From an uncultured Bacteriovoracaceae bacterium (lineage in GTDB: Bacteria; Desulfobacterota; Desulfomonilia; UBA1062): 56,848 nt of DNA. The stretch is taken from positions 1 to 56,848 of the forward strand of contig CAYRCP010000001.1 of assembly GCA_964422755.1 (NCBI GenBank), written 5' to 3'. How positions within the stretch are numbered: the stretch's first letter is position 1; each line of letters starts with the position of its first letter. The notes beneath the pieces are model-generated. The model was given only the letters and a program-made list of their open reading frames with translations. It searched no databases and was not told the origin of the DNA. A program made the translations under genes and the position numbers. This document shows, piece after piece, positions 30,471-41,331 of the stretch.

Positions 30471-31689
30471 CATAGACCACATACTCAAAGAACGCATCGT
30501 ATCACTGGAGGAGGGGTACGAACAGAAGATCGCAGAGCTCTCCCTTTTGAAAGAGCTTGGCGAGGCCCTTAAAGGGGCCAGTCTGTCGCACTGGAATCAG
30601 ATTTTTGTTCGCCAGTTGGATATCATTCAAAAGGCAACAGGGATTTTCAGCGTTTCAGTGATGCTTATAGATGATGAAACCCAGAATCTCTATATCGTGA
30701 GTGCATCCATGCGGGGTAATTCACCCAACCGTCCGCCGATCCTTCTTAAAAGGGGAGAGGGCATTGCGGGCAAAGTGTTCGAGACAGCCAAGACGCTGTA
30801 TATCCCGGATGTAACAAAAGACCCGAATTTTTTAGACCGTGGGACCAATCAGCGGGGTTCCCTGGCGTGTGTCCCCATCGTAAGCGAGGGATCATGCATC
30901 GGGGTGATCAATTTCAGGGACAATGTAACGAGTTCATTCGGACCTAATGATCTGAGATTTTTTGAACTTATCGCAGATCAGCTCTCCATTACCGCCTCTT
31001 TGGTGCGGACATACCAGGATCTTATCGATCTGGAAAAGAAGAGGATCAATCTGGGACGGTATTTTTCCCCCGGGCTTGCCGAACACCTCGTTGCGGATGA
31101 ACGCCTGACCGGGCTGGGCGGACAGCGGAAAATGGTAAGTGTGGTATTTACCGATATAACGGGATTTACCTCCCTGGTGGAAGTCAATGCCGTGGAGGAT
31201 GTGGTGGAGGTACTCAACCGGTTTTTTGAAACCGTGGTGCCGGTGATCTTCAAACATGGCGGCATGCTGGACAAGTTTTTAGGAGACGGGGTTATGGCGG
31301 TGTTCGGTATACCGGATACAAAAGATACGGACCCGGTAAAGGCGATACAGTGCGCCGTAGATATTCAAAAAAGCATGCAGGCGCTCAAGGAAAGGCTTCA
31401 GGAAGACGGACTTTTTCCCATAGAAGTGGGGGTCGGCATAGCTACAGGGGTGGTTCTGGCAGGCAACATCGGCACGAAGGAACAGATGAACTACACGGTT
31501 ATCGGAGAACCCGTGAACCTGGCACAGCGGCTCGAATCCATCAGCAGACCGGGAGAGATCGTTGTTTCGAGCGTGACCACCTCGATGATACCCAAGGGCG
31601 TAGACGTAGACGTTGAATTCGAACCAATGGGGGCGATCCATGTCAAGGGTATTTCGCGAGAAGTGAATCCGCTGAGAATTTTAACCTGA
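30457..31689 (+). CDS. GAF-domain class III nucleotidyl (adenylate/guanylate) cyclase
   Basis: 410 aa. A GAF-like region (GIAGKVFETAKTLYIPDV...CVPIVSEGSCIGVINF) is followed by cyclase motifs VVFTDITGFTSL, DKFLGDGVMAVFG and YTVIGEPVNLAQRLES. Overlaps the HDOD gene by 14 nt. Confidence 0.85.
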   Translation: MMERNIDHILKERIVSLEEGYEQKIAELSLLKELGEALKGASLSHWNQIFVRQLDIIQKATGIFSVSVMLIDDETQNLYIVSASMRGNSPNRPPILLKRGEGIAGKVFETAKTLYIPDVTKDPNFLDRGTNQRGSLACVPIVSEGSCIGVINFRDNVTSSFGPNDLRFFELIADQLSITASLVRTYQDLIDLEKKRINLGRYFSPGLAEHLVADERLTGLGGQRKMVSVVFTDITGFTSLVEVNAVEDVVEVLNRFFETVVPVIFKHGGMLDKFLGDGVMAVFGIPDTKDTDPVKAIQCAVDIQKSMQALKERLQEDGLFPIEVGVGIATGVVLAGNIGTKEQMNYTVIGEPVNLAQRLESISRPGEIVVSSVTTSMIPKGVDVDVEFEPMGAIHVKGISREVNPLRILT

Positions 31690-31775
31690 TATCGCACATT
31701 ATATTCATAAAATAAATCAGTACCAGCTTCTCCTCTTTTCCTGCTTTCAAAAATGAGCCGTCATTCACTATTGCC

Positions 31776-31805
31776 TTGACATGACTTGGTGCTCAGGGGT
31801 ATATC
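31776..31805 (+). promoter_or_regulatory. Putative sigma70 promoter of the thiolase/FadB operon
   Basis: TTGACA-N18-TATATC, about 85 nt upstream of the thiolase ATG. Confidence 0.4.
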
Positions 31806-31892
31806 TATCCATTAATCAAAACAGTCAAAAACCCGAGTGTTTTCGGCTGTCCATACACAAGGAAACGGATATATACTAACAAGGAGGGTAAT

Positions 31893-33101
31893 ATGGATTT
31901 GAGAGATGCCTATTTTGTAGATGGCGTTCGTACGTGGTTTGGCAAAGCCAGGCCAAACGGTTTTTACTGGACCACCCGTGCTGATGACATGGTGAACAAA
32001 GTCATGCTGGAACTTCAGAGGAGAAACCCCGATGTCCCTTGGGATCAGGTAGATGACAATATCTGGGGGGCAACGACCCAGTCAGGCGACCAGGGAACCA
32101 CCATGGGCAGGACAACTGTTTTTACAGCAGGTCTGCCGGATAATGTTGCCGGTTTCTCTGTTGACAGGATGTGTGCAGGCGGCATGACCTGCCAGGCAAT
32201 TGGCGGCGCATTTATTAAAACCGGCTGCGCCGACATCATCATAGCCGGCGGTGTCGAGCACATGGGCCACCACCCCATGGGAGCAGAGGCTGATCCGAAT
32301 CCCAGGATCGTAAGCGAAAAGATGGTGGAGCCCAAATATTTCAACATGGGTGTCACTGCCGAGAAACTGCATGACTGGATGCCGGAAAACGGCGAACAGC
32401 CAGTGAGTAAAGAAGAAAGTGATGAATATGCTCTCATGGTAACCAACAGATATTTTGATGCACTGGATAAGGGGTATTATGACAAACATGTAGTAAACAT
32501 GGCGGTCTTCACTCCGGACGGCTGGAAGGTTGCAAATAAAGACGAGCAGGCCAGACGCGGTGCAACCATTGAGGGCATGCGGAATCTGCCAACACCGTTC
32601 AAAAAGGCAGGCAGAGTTACAGCTGGGAATTCCTCAGGACTGAATGACGGGGCGACCGTTTCGTTGATCATGTCAGGTCAGAAGTGCAAAGAACTCGGCA
32701 TCAAGCCGAAGATGAGGCTCATCGGCTCTGCCTTTGCAGGCGTTGATCCGACCATCATGGGCTGGGGCCCGGTACCGGCAACGGAAAAGGTCTTGAAGAA
32801 CTTCAATTTCGATTTCAACAAGCTTGATTACATAGAGCTTAACGAGGCCTTTGCCGTCCAGGCAGTAGGATTCATGAAGCACTTCGGCATGAAGCTTCCT
32901 GAAGACCCACGGTTGAATCCTTATGGCGGGACCATTGCTGTCGGGCATCCGCTGGCAACCTCAGGAGTGAGGCTCAGCGTACAGTTGGCCCAGGATTTCG
33001 AGATGAATCCTGATGCAAAGTACGGTCTGTGCACCATGTGCGTGGGTCTTGGTATGGGCGGCGCTACCCTGTGGGAAAGCATGGTAGGCAAAGAGTTATA
33101 G
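31893..33101 (+). CDS. Thiolase family acetyl-CoA C-acyltransferase
   Basis: 402 aa. Nucleophile Cys in VDRMCAGG, plus NEAFAVQ, GHPLATSG and CVGLGMGGA. AAGGAGGG Shine-Dalgarno upstream. Confidence 0.9.
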   Translation: MDLRDAYFVDGVRTWFGKARPNGFYWTTRADDMVNKVMLELQRRNPDVPWDQVDDNIWGATTQSGDQGTTMGRTTVFTAGLPDNVAGFSVDRMCAGGMTCQAIGGAFIKTGCADIIIAGGVEHMGHHPMGAEADPNPRIVSEKMVEPKYFNMGVTAEKLHDWMPENGEQPVSKEESDEYALMVTNRYFDALDKGYYDKHVVNMAVFTPDGWKVANKDEQARRGATIEGMRNLPTPFKKAGRVTAGNSSGLNDGATVSLIMSGQKCKELGIKPKMRLIGSAFAGVDPTIMGWGPVPATEKVLKNFNFDFNKLDYIELNEAFAVQAVGFMKHFGMKLPEDPRLNPYGGTIAVGHPLATSGVRLSVQLAQDFEMNPDAKYGLCTMCVGLGMGGATLWESMVGKEL

Positions 33102-33113
33102 GAGGTTCGTGAT

Positions 33114-35192
33114 ATGGCTAAGTATGTTACCGAATGCAAATTAAACTTTTATGAATCAAAAAAGGCAGGAAAAATCGCTATCGTAACCATGGACAATGGC
33201 GAAAACTATAGGGTACCAAATACGTGGGGCGCCGAAGCGCTTGAGTCTTTGAACAAGGTACTCGATATCGTTGAGGCTGATGCTGATGTCAAGGGATGGC
33301 TGCTTACCGGAAAACCCTTCATCTTCAATGTCGGTGCAGACATCATGAGCGTTGATCCTTCATTATCCCGTGATGATGCTGTTGAAATCGGCAGAGTCGG
33401 ACATGCCGCGTTTAAGCGGATCATGGATCTTTCGATCCCGACACTGGCCGCCATCAACGGAGCTGCAATGGGCGGCGGTACTGAAGTCGGTCTGTACCAC
33501 GACTACCGCACCATCGCAGAGAGCCCGGGCGGGTGCGATCACTATGCACTGCCCGAATGTTTCCTGAATTTGGTGCCAGGATGGGGCGGAACCCAGCTGG
33601 TAACCAAACTGGTCGGTCCGGAAAAGGCCATTGAGCTCATTATCAACAATCCTCTGAGCATGAACCGCATGATCAATTCCAAGAAGGCCTTCAAGATGGG
33701 GCTGGCAGACAAACTCTACAAGCCTGCAGAGTTTATGGATGAATCCATTGCACTCCTGGAAAGGATCATTGCCGGTGAGGAAAAGATCGAGCGGAAGGCC
33801 GTGGATCCGAAGATGAGCGATGAGCTTTACAACAATACAAAGCTTGCAATCCAGGGTAGGGTTCATTCCGGGGCGGTTGCTCCGTACAGGGCTCTCGATC
33901 TGATCAAGGGTGCTGCCGAGTGGTCCTGGGATGAAGGCTTTGAACAGGAAAGCCAGACCCTGGCGGATATGATCAAGTCGAATCAGCTTCTATCAAGCAT
34001 CTACGCGTTCGACCTTACCCAGCGCAGGGCCAAGAAGCTCCCGGGAAGACCACCGAGAGAGGTAAAAGGTTATAAGATCAACAAGATCGGGGTTATCGGT
34101 GCAGGCTTGATGGCTTCTCAGATGGCGTTGCTGTTTGCCCAGAGATTCGAGTGCCCTGTAGTGATGAAGGATATCAAGCAGGAGTTCGTTGACAAAGGCT
34201 TGAGCTATGTCAGGGAGCAGTTGAACAAGAGGGCCGAGAAGGGCCGCATGAGCGCTGCCGATGCCAAGTGGGTCGGAGAAGATCTCATTACCGGAACCGT
34301 CACCTATGACGGATTCGAAGACTGCGATTTTGTGATCGAGGCGGTATTCGAAGAGGTCGGCATCAAACAGAAGGTATTCGGTGAGCTCGAAGAAGTCTGC
34401 AAGCCCGAATGTCTCTTCCTGACCAATACCTCGTCCCTTGACATCACAGAGATGGCGAAGTTCCTCAAGGATCCCTCCCGTGTTGTGGGATTCCATTTCT
34501 TCAACCCGATCGCCATGCTTCCGCTCGTTGAGATTATCAAGGCGGAAAAAACCAGCGATGTCGTTCTGGCAACTGCCTTTGATATCGCCAAAAGGATCAA
34601 GAAGACCCCGGTTCTCGTCAAGAACGCCCCGGCATTCCTGGTCAACAGGATACTGCTTGCCTGGATGGACGGCATCTTCCAGTGCATCGACGAAGGTGCG
34701 GATTTCATGCAGGTGGACAACGCCTGTGTGGATCTGGGCTTCCCCATGTCTCCGTTTACTCTGGCAGGCCTCGTGGGCCCGGCCATTTCTCTCCATGTAC
34801 AGGAAACCCTCAACGCTGCATGGCCTGAGAGATTCCCGGTCAGCGAAGGGCTCAAGAACCTGGTGGCAAAGGGCAAGAGGAATCTGCTTACCTTTACCGA
34901 GACCGGCATCGACGTAGATCCCGAGATCAAAGAAGGCTGGCCGCAGGGCGACAAGAGCTTCACCGACCAGGAGATCAAGGACCGCGTCATGGAGCGCGTT
35001 GCCCTGGAAGTCGATCTCATCCTCAAAGAGGGCGTGGTTGCAAGTCCCAAGGATGTGGATACCGGTGTGATCATGGGTGCAGGCTGGCCATTCTTCATGG
35101 GCGGCGTTACCCCGTATCTGGATCAGCAGGGTTACTCCGAGAAGGCCAGTGGCCGGAAATTCCATGGTGAGAATCCATTAGAGACGGCATAG
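33114..35192 (+). CDS. Bifunctional enoyl-CoA hydratase / 3-hydroxyacyl-CoA dehydrogenase (FadB/FadJ-like)
   Basis: 692 aa. N-terminal crotonase fold (AAINGAAMGGGTEVGL), central Rossmann motif GVIGAGLMASQMA, and HFFNP. Confidence 0.9.
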   Translation: MAKYVTECKLNFYESKKAGKIAIVTMDNGENYRVPNTWGAEALESLNKVLDIVEADADVKGWLLTGKPFIFNVGADIMSVDPSLSRDDAVEIGRVGHAAFKRIMDLSIPTLAAINGAAMGGGTEVGLYHDYRTIAESPGGCDHYALPECFLNLVPGWGGTQLVTKLVGPEKAIELIINNPLSMNRMINSKKAFKMGLADKLYKPAEFMDESIALLERIIAGEEKIERKAVDPKMSDELYNNTKLAIQGRVHSGAVAPYRALDLIKGAAEWSWDEGFEQESQTLADMIKSNQLLSSIYAFDLTQRRAKKLPGRPPREVKGYKINKIGVIGAGLMASQMALLFAQRFECPVVMKDIKQEFVDKGLSYVREQLNKRAEKGRMSAADAKWVGEDLITGTVTYDGFEDCDFVIEAVFEEVGIKQKVFGELEEVCKPECLFLTNTSSLDITEMAKFLKDPSRVVGFHFFNPIAMLPLVEIIKAEKTSDVVLATAFDIAKRIKKTPVLVKNAPAFLVNRILLAWMDGIFQCIDEGADFMQVDNACVDLGFPMSPFTLAGLVGPAISLHVQETLNAAWPERFPVSEGLKNLVAKGKRNLLTFTETGIDVDPEIKEGWPQGDKSFTDQEIKDRVMERVALEVDLILKEGVVASPKDVDTGVIMGAGWPFFMGGVTPYLDQQGYSEKASGRKFHGENPLETA

Positions 35193-35226
35193 GATAACTA
35201 TCGGTTCTATTCCATAGGGAAACACG

Positions 35227-35257
35227 GTTGGGCGGCGCTTATGCCGCCCAACTTTTT
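35227..35257 (+). terminator. Rho-independent terminator after the FadB-like gene
   Basis: Perfect 10-bp stem GTTGGGCGGC/GCCGCCCAAC with a 6-nt loop, followed by TTTTT. Confidence 0.85.
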
Positions 35258-35367
35258 ATCCTTGACTTTAACAAAGGATTGCTTTAGTTCAATTTGTACC
35301 GAATACAATTGTAGTGTATCTTCATTTATCTGCACCACATCACTTCCATTAGCCGAAAGGATAAGAT

Positions 35368-36615
35368 ATGCATTTAGAAGATTTAAAAAAAGTGGAGCCC
35401 AAAGAGCTTCTTGAGGCAGCCAATGCGCTGGAGATAGAGGGTTCCGCCACGTTGACAAGACAGGAACTCATCTTTGCCATCCTCCAGGCTCAATCTGAAA
35501 AAGATGTATACATATCAGGACAGGGTATACTCGAGATTCTCCCGGACGGGTTCGGGTTCCTGCGCTCCGCCGATTACAGTTATCTGCCCGGTCCTGACGA
35601 TATCTATGTCTCCCCCTCACAGATCAGGAGATTCAACCTCAAGAACGGAGACGAGGTGCGGGGTCAGATCCGCCCGCCGAAAGACAATGAACGCTACTTT
35701 GCGCTGCTGAAACTGGAAACCATAAACACCGAAGCTTCAGAAGAGGCGAAACACCGGGTGCCGTTTGTCAATCTTACCCCCTTGTATCCGGACGAAAAAT
35801 TTACCCTTGAAACAACCACGGATAATCTTACCGGTCGGGCTTTGGACCTGCTCTCTCCCATCGGCAAGGGCCAGAGAGGAATTGTGGTATCACCTCCCAA
35901 GGCCGGTAAGACCATGATGCTTCAGAATATAGCAAACAGCATTACCGCGAACCATCCTGAAGTCGTTCTTATGGTCCTGCTCATCGACGAGCGCCCTGAA
36001 GAGGTTACCGACATGCAGCGTTCGGTAAATGGAGAGGTGGTTGCCTCGACGTTTGACGAGCCGGCATCACGGCACGTGCAGGTGGCCAGAATGGTGATGG
36101 AAAAGGCAAAACGCCTTGTTGAATACAAAAAGGACGTCGTAATTCTCCTGGATTCTCTCACGAGGCTTGCCCGTGCGCATAATACCGTATGTCCTCCTTC
36201 AGGAAAGCTCCTCTCCGGAGGAATCGATGCCAATGCCCTGCAGAAACCGAAGCGGTTTTTCGGTGCGGCACGCAATATCGAGGAGGGAGGAAGCATAACG
36301 ATTATCGCCACGGCACTGGTGGATACCGGGTCTCGAATGGACGAGGTCATCTATGAAGAGTTTAAGGGCACGGGTAATATGGAGATTCACCTCGATCGGT
36401 CCATTATGGAGCGGAGAGTGTTCCCGGCCATCGATATTTCAAAATCCGGGACGAGAAAAGAGGAACTTTTGCTGCCAAAAGAACAGTTGGACAGGATCTG
36501 GATACTGAGAAAACTCCTCAGTCCGCTGAATCCCATCGACAGCATTGAATTTTTACTGGACAAATTATCCAAGACAGATAATAATGCCGACTTCCTGGAA
36601 TCAATGAATAAATAG
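35368..36615 (+). CDS. rho: Transcription termination factor Rho
   Basis: 415 aa. N-terminal region LHLEDLKK...[13 protein letters not shown], an RNA-binding domain, Walker [16 protein letters not shown] and Walker [15 protein letters not shown]. Confidence 0.97.
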   Translation: MHLEDLKKVEPKELLEAANALEIEGSATLTRQELIFAILQAQSEKDVYISGQGILEILPDGFGFLRSADYSYLPGPDDIYVSPSQIRRFNLKNGDEVRGQIRPPKDNERYFALLKLETINTEASEEAKHRVPFVNLTPLYPDEKFTLETTTDNLTGRALDLLSPIGKGQRGIVVSPPKAGKTMMLQNIANSITANHPEVVLMVLLIDERPEEVTDMQRSVNGEVVASTFDEPASRHVQVARMVMEKAKRLVEYKKDVVILLDSLTRLARAHNTVCPPSGKLLSGGIDANALQKPKRFFGAARNIEEGGSITIIATALVDTGSRMDEVIYEEFKGTGNMEIHLDRSIMERRVFPAIDISKSGTRKEELLLPKEQLDRIWILRKLLSPLNPIDSIEFLLDKLSKTDNNADFLESMNK

Positions 36616-36627
36616 GGAGCAAGAACA

Positions 36628-36846
36628 ATGAAAAAAGATATACATCCTGAGTACTTCGATACTACGGTTACCTGTGCCTGCGGAAACAGCTTCAAGACCC
36701 GTTCCACCAAAGAGGATATACGGATCGAAATCTGCAGTGCATGTCACCCCTTCTACACCGGTCAGCAGAGGCTTACCTCCGTAGCAGGGAAAGCAGAGTT
36801 GTTTAGAAGAAAATACGGAGATTATCTCAAGAAGACTACCAAGTAA
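36628..36846 (+). CDS. rpmE: 50S ribosomal protein L31
   Basis: 72 aa: MKKDIHPEY...[10 protein letters not shown]. Confidence 0.95.
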   Translation: MKKDIHPEYFDTTVTCACGNSFKTRSTKEDIRIEICSACHPFYTGQQRLTSVAGKAELFRRKYGDYLKKTTK

Positions 36847-36864
36847 CCTTCTTGATACATACCT

Positions 36865-37932
36865 ATGCTGGAAAATTTAAAGGAGATCGAGGTCCGCTAC
36901 AACGAACTTTCCGATCTTCTGGCTGATTCAGACATTCTGCAGGACCATGCCCGGTATTCCGAGATTGCCAAGGAACATGCAGGCCTTGAAGACATCATGG
37001 TGCCCTACCGAAGGCTCAAGGTCATTCTTGAAGAGATCGAAGAGCAGGAAACCATGCTGGAAGACCCGGACCCGGACATGCGGGACCTGGTCCGAGAGGA
37101 ACTTTCTGCATTAAAGGATGAAGAGCAGGAACTCGAAAACACGCTCAAGCTCCTTTTTATTCCCAAGGACCCCAACGACAACAAAGATGTAATCCTGGAA
37201 ATCCGCGCAGGAACAGGCGGGGAGGAAGCAGCACTGTTTGCTGCCGACATCTTCCGGATGTATACGCGATATGCCGAGGTAAAGCACTGGAGCGTTGAGA
37301 TCTTGAACATCAATGACACGGGCATCGGTGGGATAAAAGAGGTTATCGCCGGAATTAAAGGAAAAGGCGCCTTTGCCCGGTTCAAGTATGAAAGCGGTGT
37401 TCATCGGGTACAGCGCGTTCCTGCCACCGAGGCGAGCGGAAGGATTCACACCTCTGCCGTTACCGTAGCCGTCCTTGCCGAGGCTGAAGAGATCGATCTG
37501 GAAATAGATTCCGGTGATTTGCGGATCGATACGTTCAGATCGTCGGGGGCTGGTGGACAGCATGTGAACAAGACGGATTCAGCCATTCGCATCACACATA
37601 TTCCTACCGGGATCGTGGTCTCCTGCCAGGATGAAAAATCCCAGCACAAGAACAAGGCAAAGGCCATGAGGGTGCTTAGATCCCGGATACTGCAGAAGAT
37701 GCAGGAAGACATGGATAAGGAGATAGCCTCTCAGAGACGGTCCCAGGTGGGGACCGGCGACCGGAGCGAGCGGATACGCACCTATAATTTTCCCCAGGGA
37801 AGGGTCACCGATCATCGTATCAACCTTACCCTGCATAAACTGCCCCAGATTCTCGAAGGGGATCTCGAAGAGCTTATTGATGAGCTCGCCACCCATTATC
37901 AAGCCGAAGCCCTCAGCAGTGCCGGGAGATAA
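36865..37932 (+). CDS. prfA: Peptide chain release factor 1
   Basis: 355 aa. Has the RF1 PxT element (VQRVPATE) and the GGQ motif ([11 protein letters not shown]). Confidence 0.97.
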   Translation: MLENLKEIEVRYNELSDLLADSDILQDHARYSEIAKEHAGLEDIMVPYRRLKVILEEIEEQETMLEDPDPDMRDLVREELSALKDEEQELENTLKLLFIPKDPNDNKDVILEIRAGTGGEEAALFAADIFRMYTRYAEVKHWSVEILNINDTGIGGIKEVIAGIKGKGAFARFKYESGVHRVQRVPATEASGRIHTSAVTVAVLAEAEEIDLEIDSGDLRIDTFRSSGAGGQHVNKTDSAIRITHIPTGIVVSCQDEKSQHKNKAKAMRVLRSRILQKMQEDMDKEIASQRRSQVGTGDRSERIRTYNFPQGRVTDHRINLTLHKLPQILEGDLEELIDELATHYQAEALSSAGR

Positions 37933-37935
37933 TCC

Positions 37936-38787
37936 GTGGGATGGACCATCAGGTCGGTACTTTCCTGGTCTAAAGAGTATCTTCATGAAAAGGGCATAGA
38001 AACCCCCCGGCTCGATACCGAGCTTCTTCTCGCCAAAGCCCTCACCCTCAAACGCATCGATCTGTACCTGGATATGGACAGACCGCTTATGGAGGATGAA
38101 CTCGGGGCATACCGGGGACTCTTACAGAGAAGGGCAAGCAGGGAGCCCACAGCGTATATACTCGGAGAAAGGGAATTTTATTCCCGGTCGTTCCTCGTCA
38201 ATAATCACGTGCTCATTCCGCGACCGGATACCGAGCTGCTCGTGGAGCAAACCATTCTAAGAGCCCCGCACAACGGAGAGATACTCGAACTGGGGGTGGG
38301 TTCCGGTGCGGTAATCGTCTCTGTTCTTGCCGAGCGGGAGGATCTCAGCGGGATAGGCAGTGATATCAGCGCACAGGCAGTGGGTGTTGCACAGGAAAAT
38401 GCCCTGGCCCACGGGGTTTCAACAAGGGTGCGGTTCTTTGTGGGTGAGAGTTTCGCGGCCGTGAAAGCCCGATTTCCCCTGATTGTCATGAATCCTCCCT
38501 ATATTTCTCTCACCGAGGCACCCTCTCTCCAGGAGGATGTGATCCGCTACGAACCCCACAGTGCCCTTTTTGGTGGAAATGACGGCCTTGATATAATAAA
38601 AGAGGTTTTATTGAATGTACGGGAGCATTTGAGTCCAGGAGGAGTGTTCATCATGGAGGCAGGATATCGGCAAAAGGATGCGGTGGAAGAACTGGTGAGA
38701 TGTGCCGGCGGGATACGTACGGCAGCGTGGATAAAAGATCTCTCCGGGATTGAGCGGGTGATATTCGTGGAGCGCAGCGATGGATAA
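37936..38787 (+). CDS. prmC: Release-factor glutamine N5-methyltransferase PrmC (HemK)
   Basis: 283 aa. SAM-binding motif LELGVGSGAV and catalytic NPPY. Follows prfA. GTG start. Confidence 0.9.
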   Translation: MGWTIRSVLSWSKEYLHEKGIETPRLDTELLLAKALTLKRIDLYLDMDRPLMEDELGAYRGLLQRRASREPTAYILGEREFYSRSFLVNNHVLIPRPDTELLVEQTILRAPHNGEILELGVGSGAVIVSVLAEREDLSGIGSDISAQAVGVAQENALAHGVSTRVRFFVGESFAAVKARFPLIVMNPPYISLTEAPSLQEDVIRYEPHSALFGGNDGLDIIKEVLLNVREHLSPGGVFIMEAGYRQKDAVEELVRCAGGIRTAAWIKDLSGIERVIFVERSDG

Positions 38788-40045
38788 ATTTATCATCCAG
38801 GGCGGCAATCCCTTAAAGGGAGAGGTGTTAATCTCCGGTGCAAAGAATGCGGCCCTGCCGATTCTGTGTTCATCCATCCTGGCCGACTCACCGTGCACCT
38901 ACACCAATATCCCCGCGCTTCGAGATATCAGCTCAATCACCAAAGTGCTCGCCACGCTCGGGCTCGGTATCGAGAGGCCGGAAAAAGGATGCGTGGTGGT
39001 AAACCCCGCAGAGGTTATCTCCTGTGAAGCCCCGTACGAACTCGTCAAGAGCATGCGTGCCTCAATCCTGGTGCTCGGGCCGCTCCTTGCAAAACACAAA
39101 AAGGCAAAGGTGTCTCTGCCCGGAGGATGTGCCATCGGTGTCCGTCCCATCGATATGCATCTCAAGGCTTTGAGCAAGATGGGGGCGTATATCACCATCT
39201 CCCACGGATATGTTATGGCTTTTGCCGAGGGGCTCAAGGGCGCAAGGATACTGTTCGATACCCCGACCGTAGGCGGGACCGAGAACATCATGATGGCGGC
39301 AACCCTGGCAGAAGGGACCACCGTTATCGAAGGAGCCGCAAAGGAGCCTGAGGTGGTGGACCTGGCCCAGGCACTCATACAGATGGGGGCCCATATCGAG
39401 GGAGCAGGCCGGAGTACGATCACCATAGAAGGTGTACCCTCCCTGTCGGGGCTTGACTATGAGGTCATCCCGGACAGGATAGAGGTGGGCACCTTTCTCA
39501 TTGCCGGAGCCATCACGAAAGGAGAACTCGTTATCAAGGGGGCACGGATGGACCATGTCGTGGCCATCGTGGAAAAACTCTGCGACATGGGGGTTGAAAT
39601 CACCCAGAGAGAAGACGGGAGCATCTACGTGAACGGAAAAGGAGACCTTCGGCCCGCCCTGGTGGAGACCGTCCCGTATCCAGGATTTCCCACGGATATG
39701 CAGGCACAGATTATGACCCTGGCGTGTATTGCACAGGGTGTTTCGAGAATTACGGAAAACATCTTTGAAAACAGATTCATGCATGTGCCGGAACTCATGA
39801 GGATGGGTGGGCATCTCGAGGAGAAGGGCAATACCGTAATGGTTCAAGGGGTCAAGCAATTCCAGGGGGCCTCGGTCATGGCAACGGATCTGCGGGCCTC
39901 GGCGAGTTTGGTTCTGGCGGCACTCAATGCTCAGGGATATACGGAGATAAGGCGGATTTACCACCTTGACCGGGGATACGAAGAACTTGACAAGAAGCTC
40001 AATCAACTCGGGGCCCAGGTAAGAAGAGAGAGGGGTGGATTGTGA
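38780..40045 (+). CDS. murA: UDP-N-acetylglucosamine 1-carboxyvinyltransferase
   Basis: 421 aa. Motifs GAKNAALPIL, the active-site Cys in LPGGCAIGVRPID, and C-terminal HLDRGYE. Confidence 0.97.
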   Translation: MDKFIIQGGNPLKGEVLISGAKNAALPILCSSILADSPCTYTNIPALRDISSITKVLATLGLGIERPEKGCVVVNPAEVISCEAPYELVKSMRASILVLGPLLAKHKKAKVSLPGGCAIGVRPIDMHLKALSKMGAYITISHGYVMAFAEGLKGARILFDTPTVGGTENIMMAATLAEGTTVIEGAAKEPEVVDLAQALIQMGAHIEGAGRSTITIEGVPSLSGLDYEVIPDRIEVGTFLIAGAITKGELVIKGARMDHVVAIVEKLCDMGVEITQREDGSIYVNGKGDLRPALVETVPYPGFPTDMQAQIMTLACIAQGVSRITENIFENRFMHVPELMRMGGHLEEKGNTVMVQGVKQFQGASVMATDLRASASLVLAALNAQGYTEIRRIYHLDRGYEELDKKLNQLGAQVRRERGGL

Positions 40046-41331
40046 TGGAGGTCATCAATACGCAGGAAGGCTCGTGGCAGGACAGGCTGAATTCGATATT
40101 GGCGCGTACCCGGCTGGTCCCTGACGAGGTGGATGAAGCTGTTCGGGACATCATAGCCGCCGTGAAAGATACGGGGGATGCGGCGCTTTTTGACTACACG
40201 CAGAGGTTTGACGGATTCAATCCTGCTGAGGGCGGCATCATGATCACCCGCGATGAGATGGAAGAGGCGCTGTCACGTATTGACGGGGATATCCTTGCCG
40301 CACTGCAAAAAGCTGCCTCCCGGATAGAAGAATTTCACCTCCACCAGAAAGAGGATTCGTGGACCATCACTCAGGAAAACGGCGTTTTGCTCGGGCAAAA
40401 AGTGACGCCCATAGACCGCGTGGGGATTTACATACCCGGAGGAAAGAACGCCTTTCCCTCCACCGTGCTCATGAATGTCATCCCTGCTAAAATTGCCGGT
40501 GTGGGCCAGATCGTCGTGGTTTCACCGACCCCCGGCGGGATAGTGAACGACTCCCTGCTCGCAGCCGCATATATCGCAGGCGTTGAAACCATATACAAAG
40601 TGGGCGGTGCACAGGCAGTGGCAGCTCTCGCCTATGGGACGGACAGTATCCCGAAGGTGGACAAGGTCGTGGGACCGGGTAATATCTATGTTGCCCATGC
40701 AAAAAGGCTCCTTATGGGAACAATCGGGATTGACGCCTTTGCCGGACCATCGGAGATCCTCGTTATTGCGGACGAGCATGCCGATGAACGCATGGTTGCC
40801 GCCGATCTTCTTTCCCAGGCAGAACATGATTCCATGGCCTCCTCCATTCTGGTAACCCCCTGTGCTTCCCTGGCGCAAGACGTTGTGAAACGCTGTGCTC
40901 TTGAGGCCGAGACCCTGCCGCGCTGTGATGTGGTCAACAACTCCCTGAAAAACCATGGGATATGCATCGTTACCCGTGATCTGGACGAGGCATTTCTCGT
41001 TGCCAATACCGTTGCACCCGAACATCTCGAGCTGATGGTGGCCGATGCATACGAACATATCGAAAAGGTGAGAAACGCCGGAGCCATATTCCTGGGGTAT
41101 TTCAGCCCCGAGGCAATCGGCGACTATATCGCCGGGCCGAACCATACACTCCCCACCGGCTCTACCTCACGGTTTTCATCTCCCCTGGGGGTGTATGACT
41201 TTGTCAAACGTTCATCCATTATCGGCTTTAACCAAAAGGCAACCAGAGAGCTTGGCCCCATGGCCGTGAAGATTGCACGGGCAGAAAACCTGGAGGCACA
41301 TGCACGATCTGTCGAAACTCGTCTCAAGTAA
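40042..41331 (+). CDS. hisD: Histidinol dehydrogenase
   Basis: 429 aa. Motifs YIPGGKNAFPSTVLM, GPGNIYVAHAK, LLSQAEHD and APEHLEL. Confidence 0.95.
   Translation: MMEVINTQEGSWQDRLNSILARTRLVPDEVDEAVRDIIAAVKDTGDAALFDYTQRFDGFNPAEGGIMITRDEMEEALSRIDGDILAALQKAASRIEEFHLHQKEDSWTITQENGVLLGQKVTPIDRVGIYIPGGKNAFPSTVLMNVIPAKIAGVGQIVVVSPTPGGIVNDSLLAAAYIAGVETIYKVGGAQAVAALAYGTDSIPKVDKVVGPGNIYVAHAKRLLMGTIGIDAFAGPSEILVIADEHADERMVAADLLSQAEHDSMASSILVTPCASLAQDVVKRCALEAETLPRCDVVNNSLKNHGICIVTRDLDEAFLVANTVAPEHLELMVADAYEHIEKVRNAGAIFLGYFSPEAIGDYIAGPNHTLPTGSTSRFSSPLGVYDFVKRSSIIGFNQKATRELGPMAVKIARAENLEAHARSVETRLK

Noticed and set aside
30457-31689. GAF-cyclase as a Pycsar- or CBASS-like antiphage cyclase.
   Set aside because: No effector gene (TIR, TM, patatin, endonuclease) is adjacent. 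The domain organisation (GAF sensor plus class III cyclase, partnered with an HDOD protein) is typical of housekeeping signalling, and the flanking genes are metabolic.
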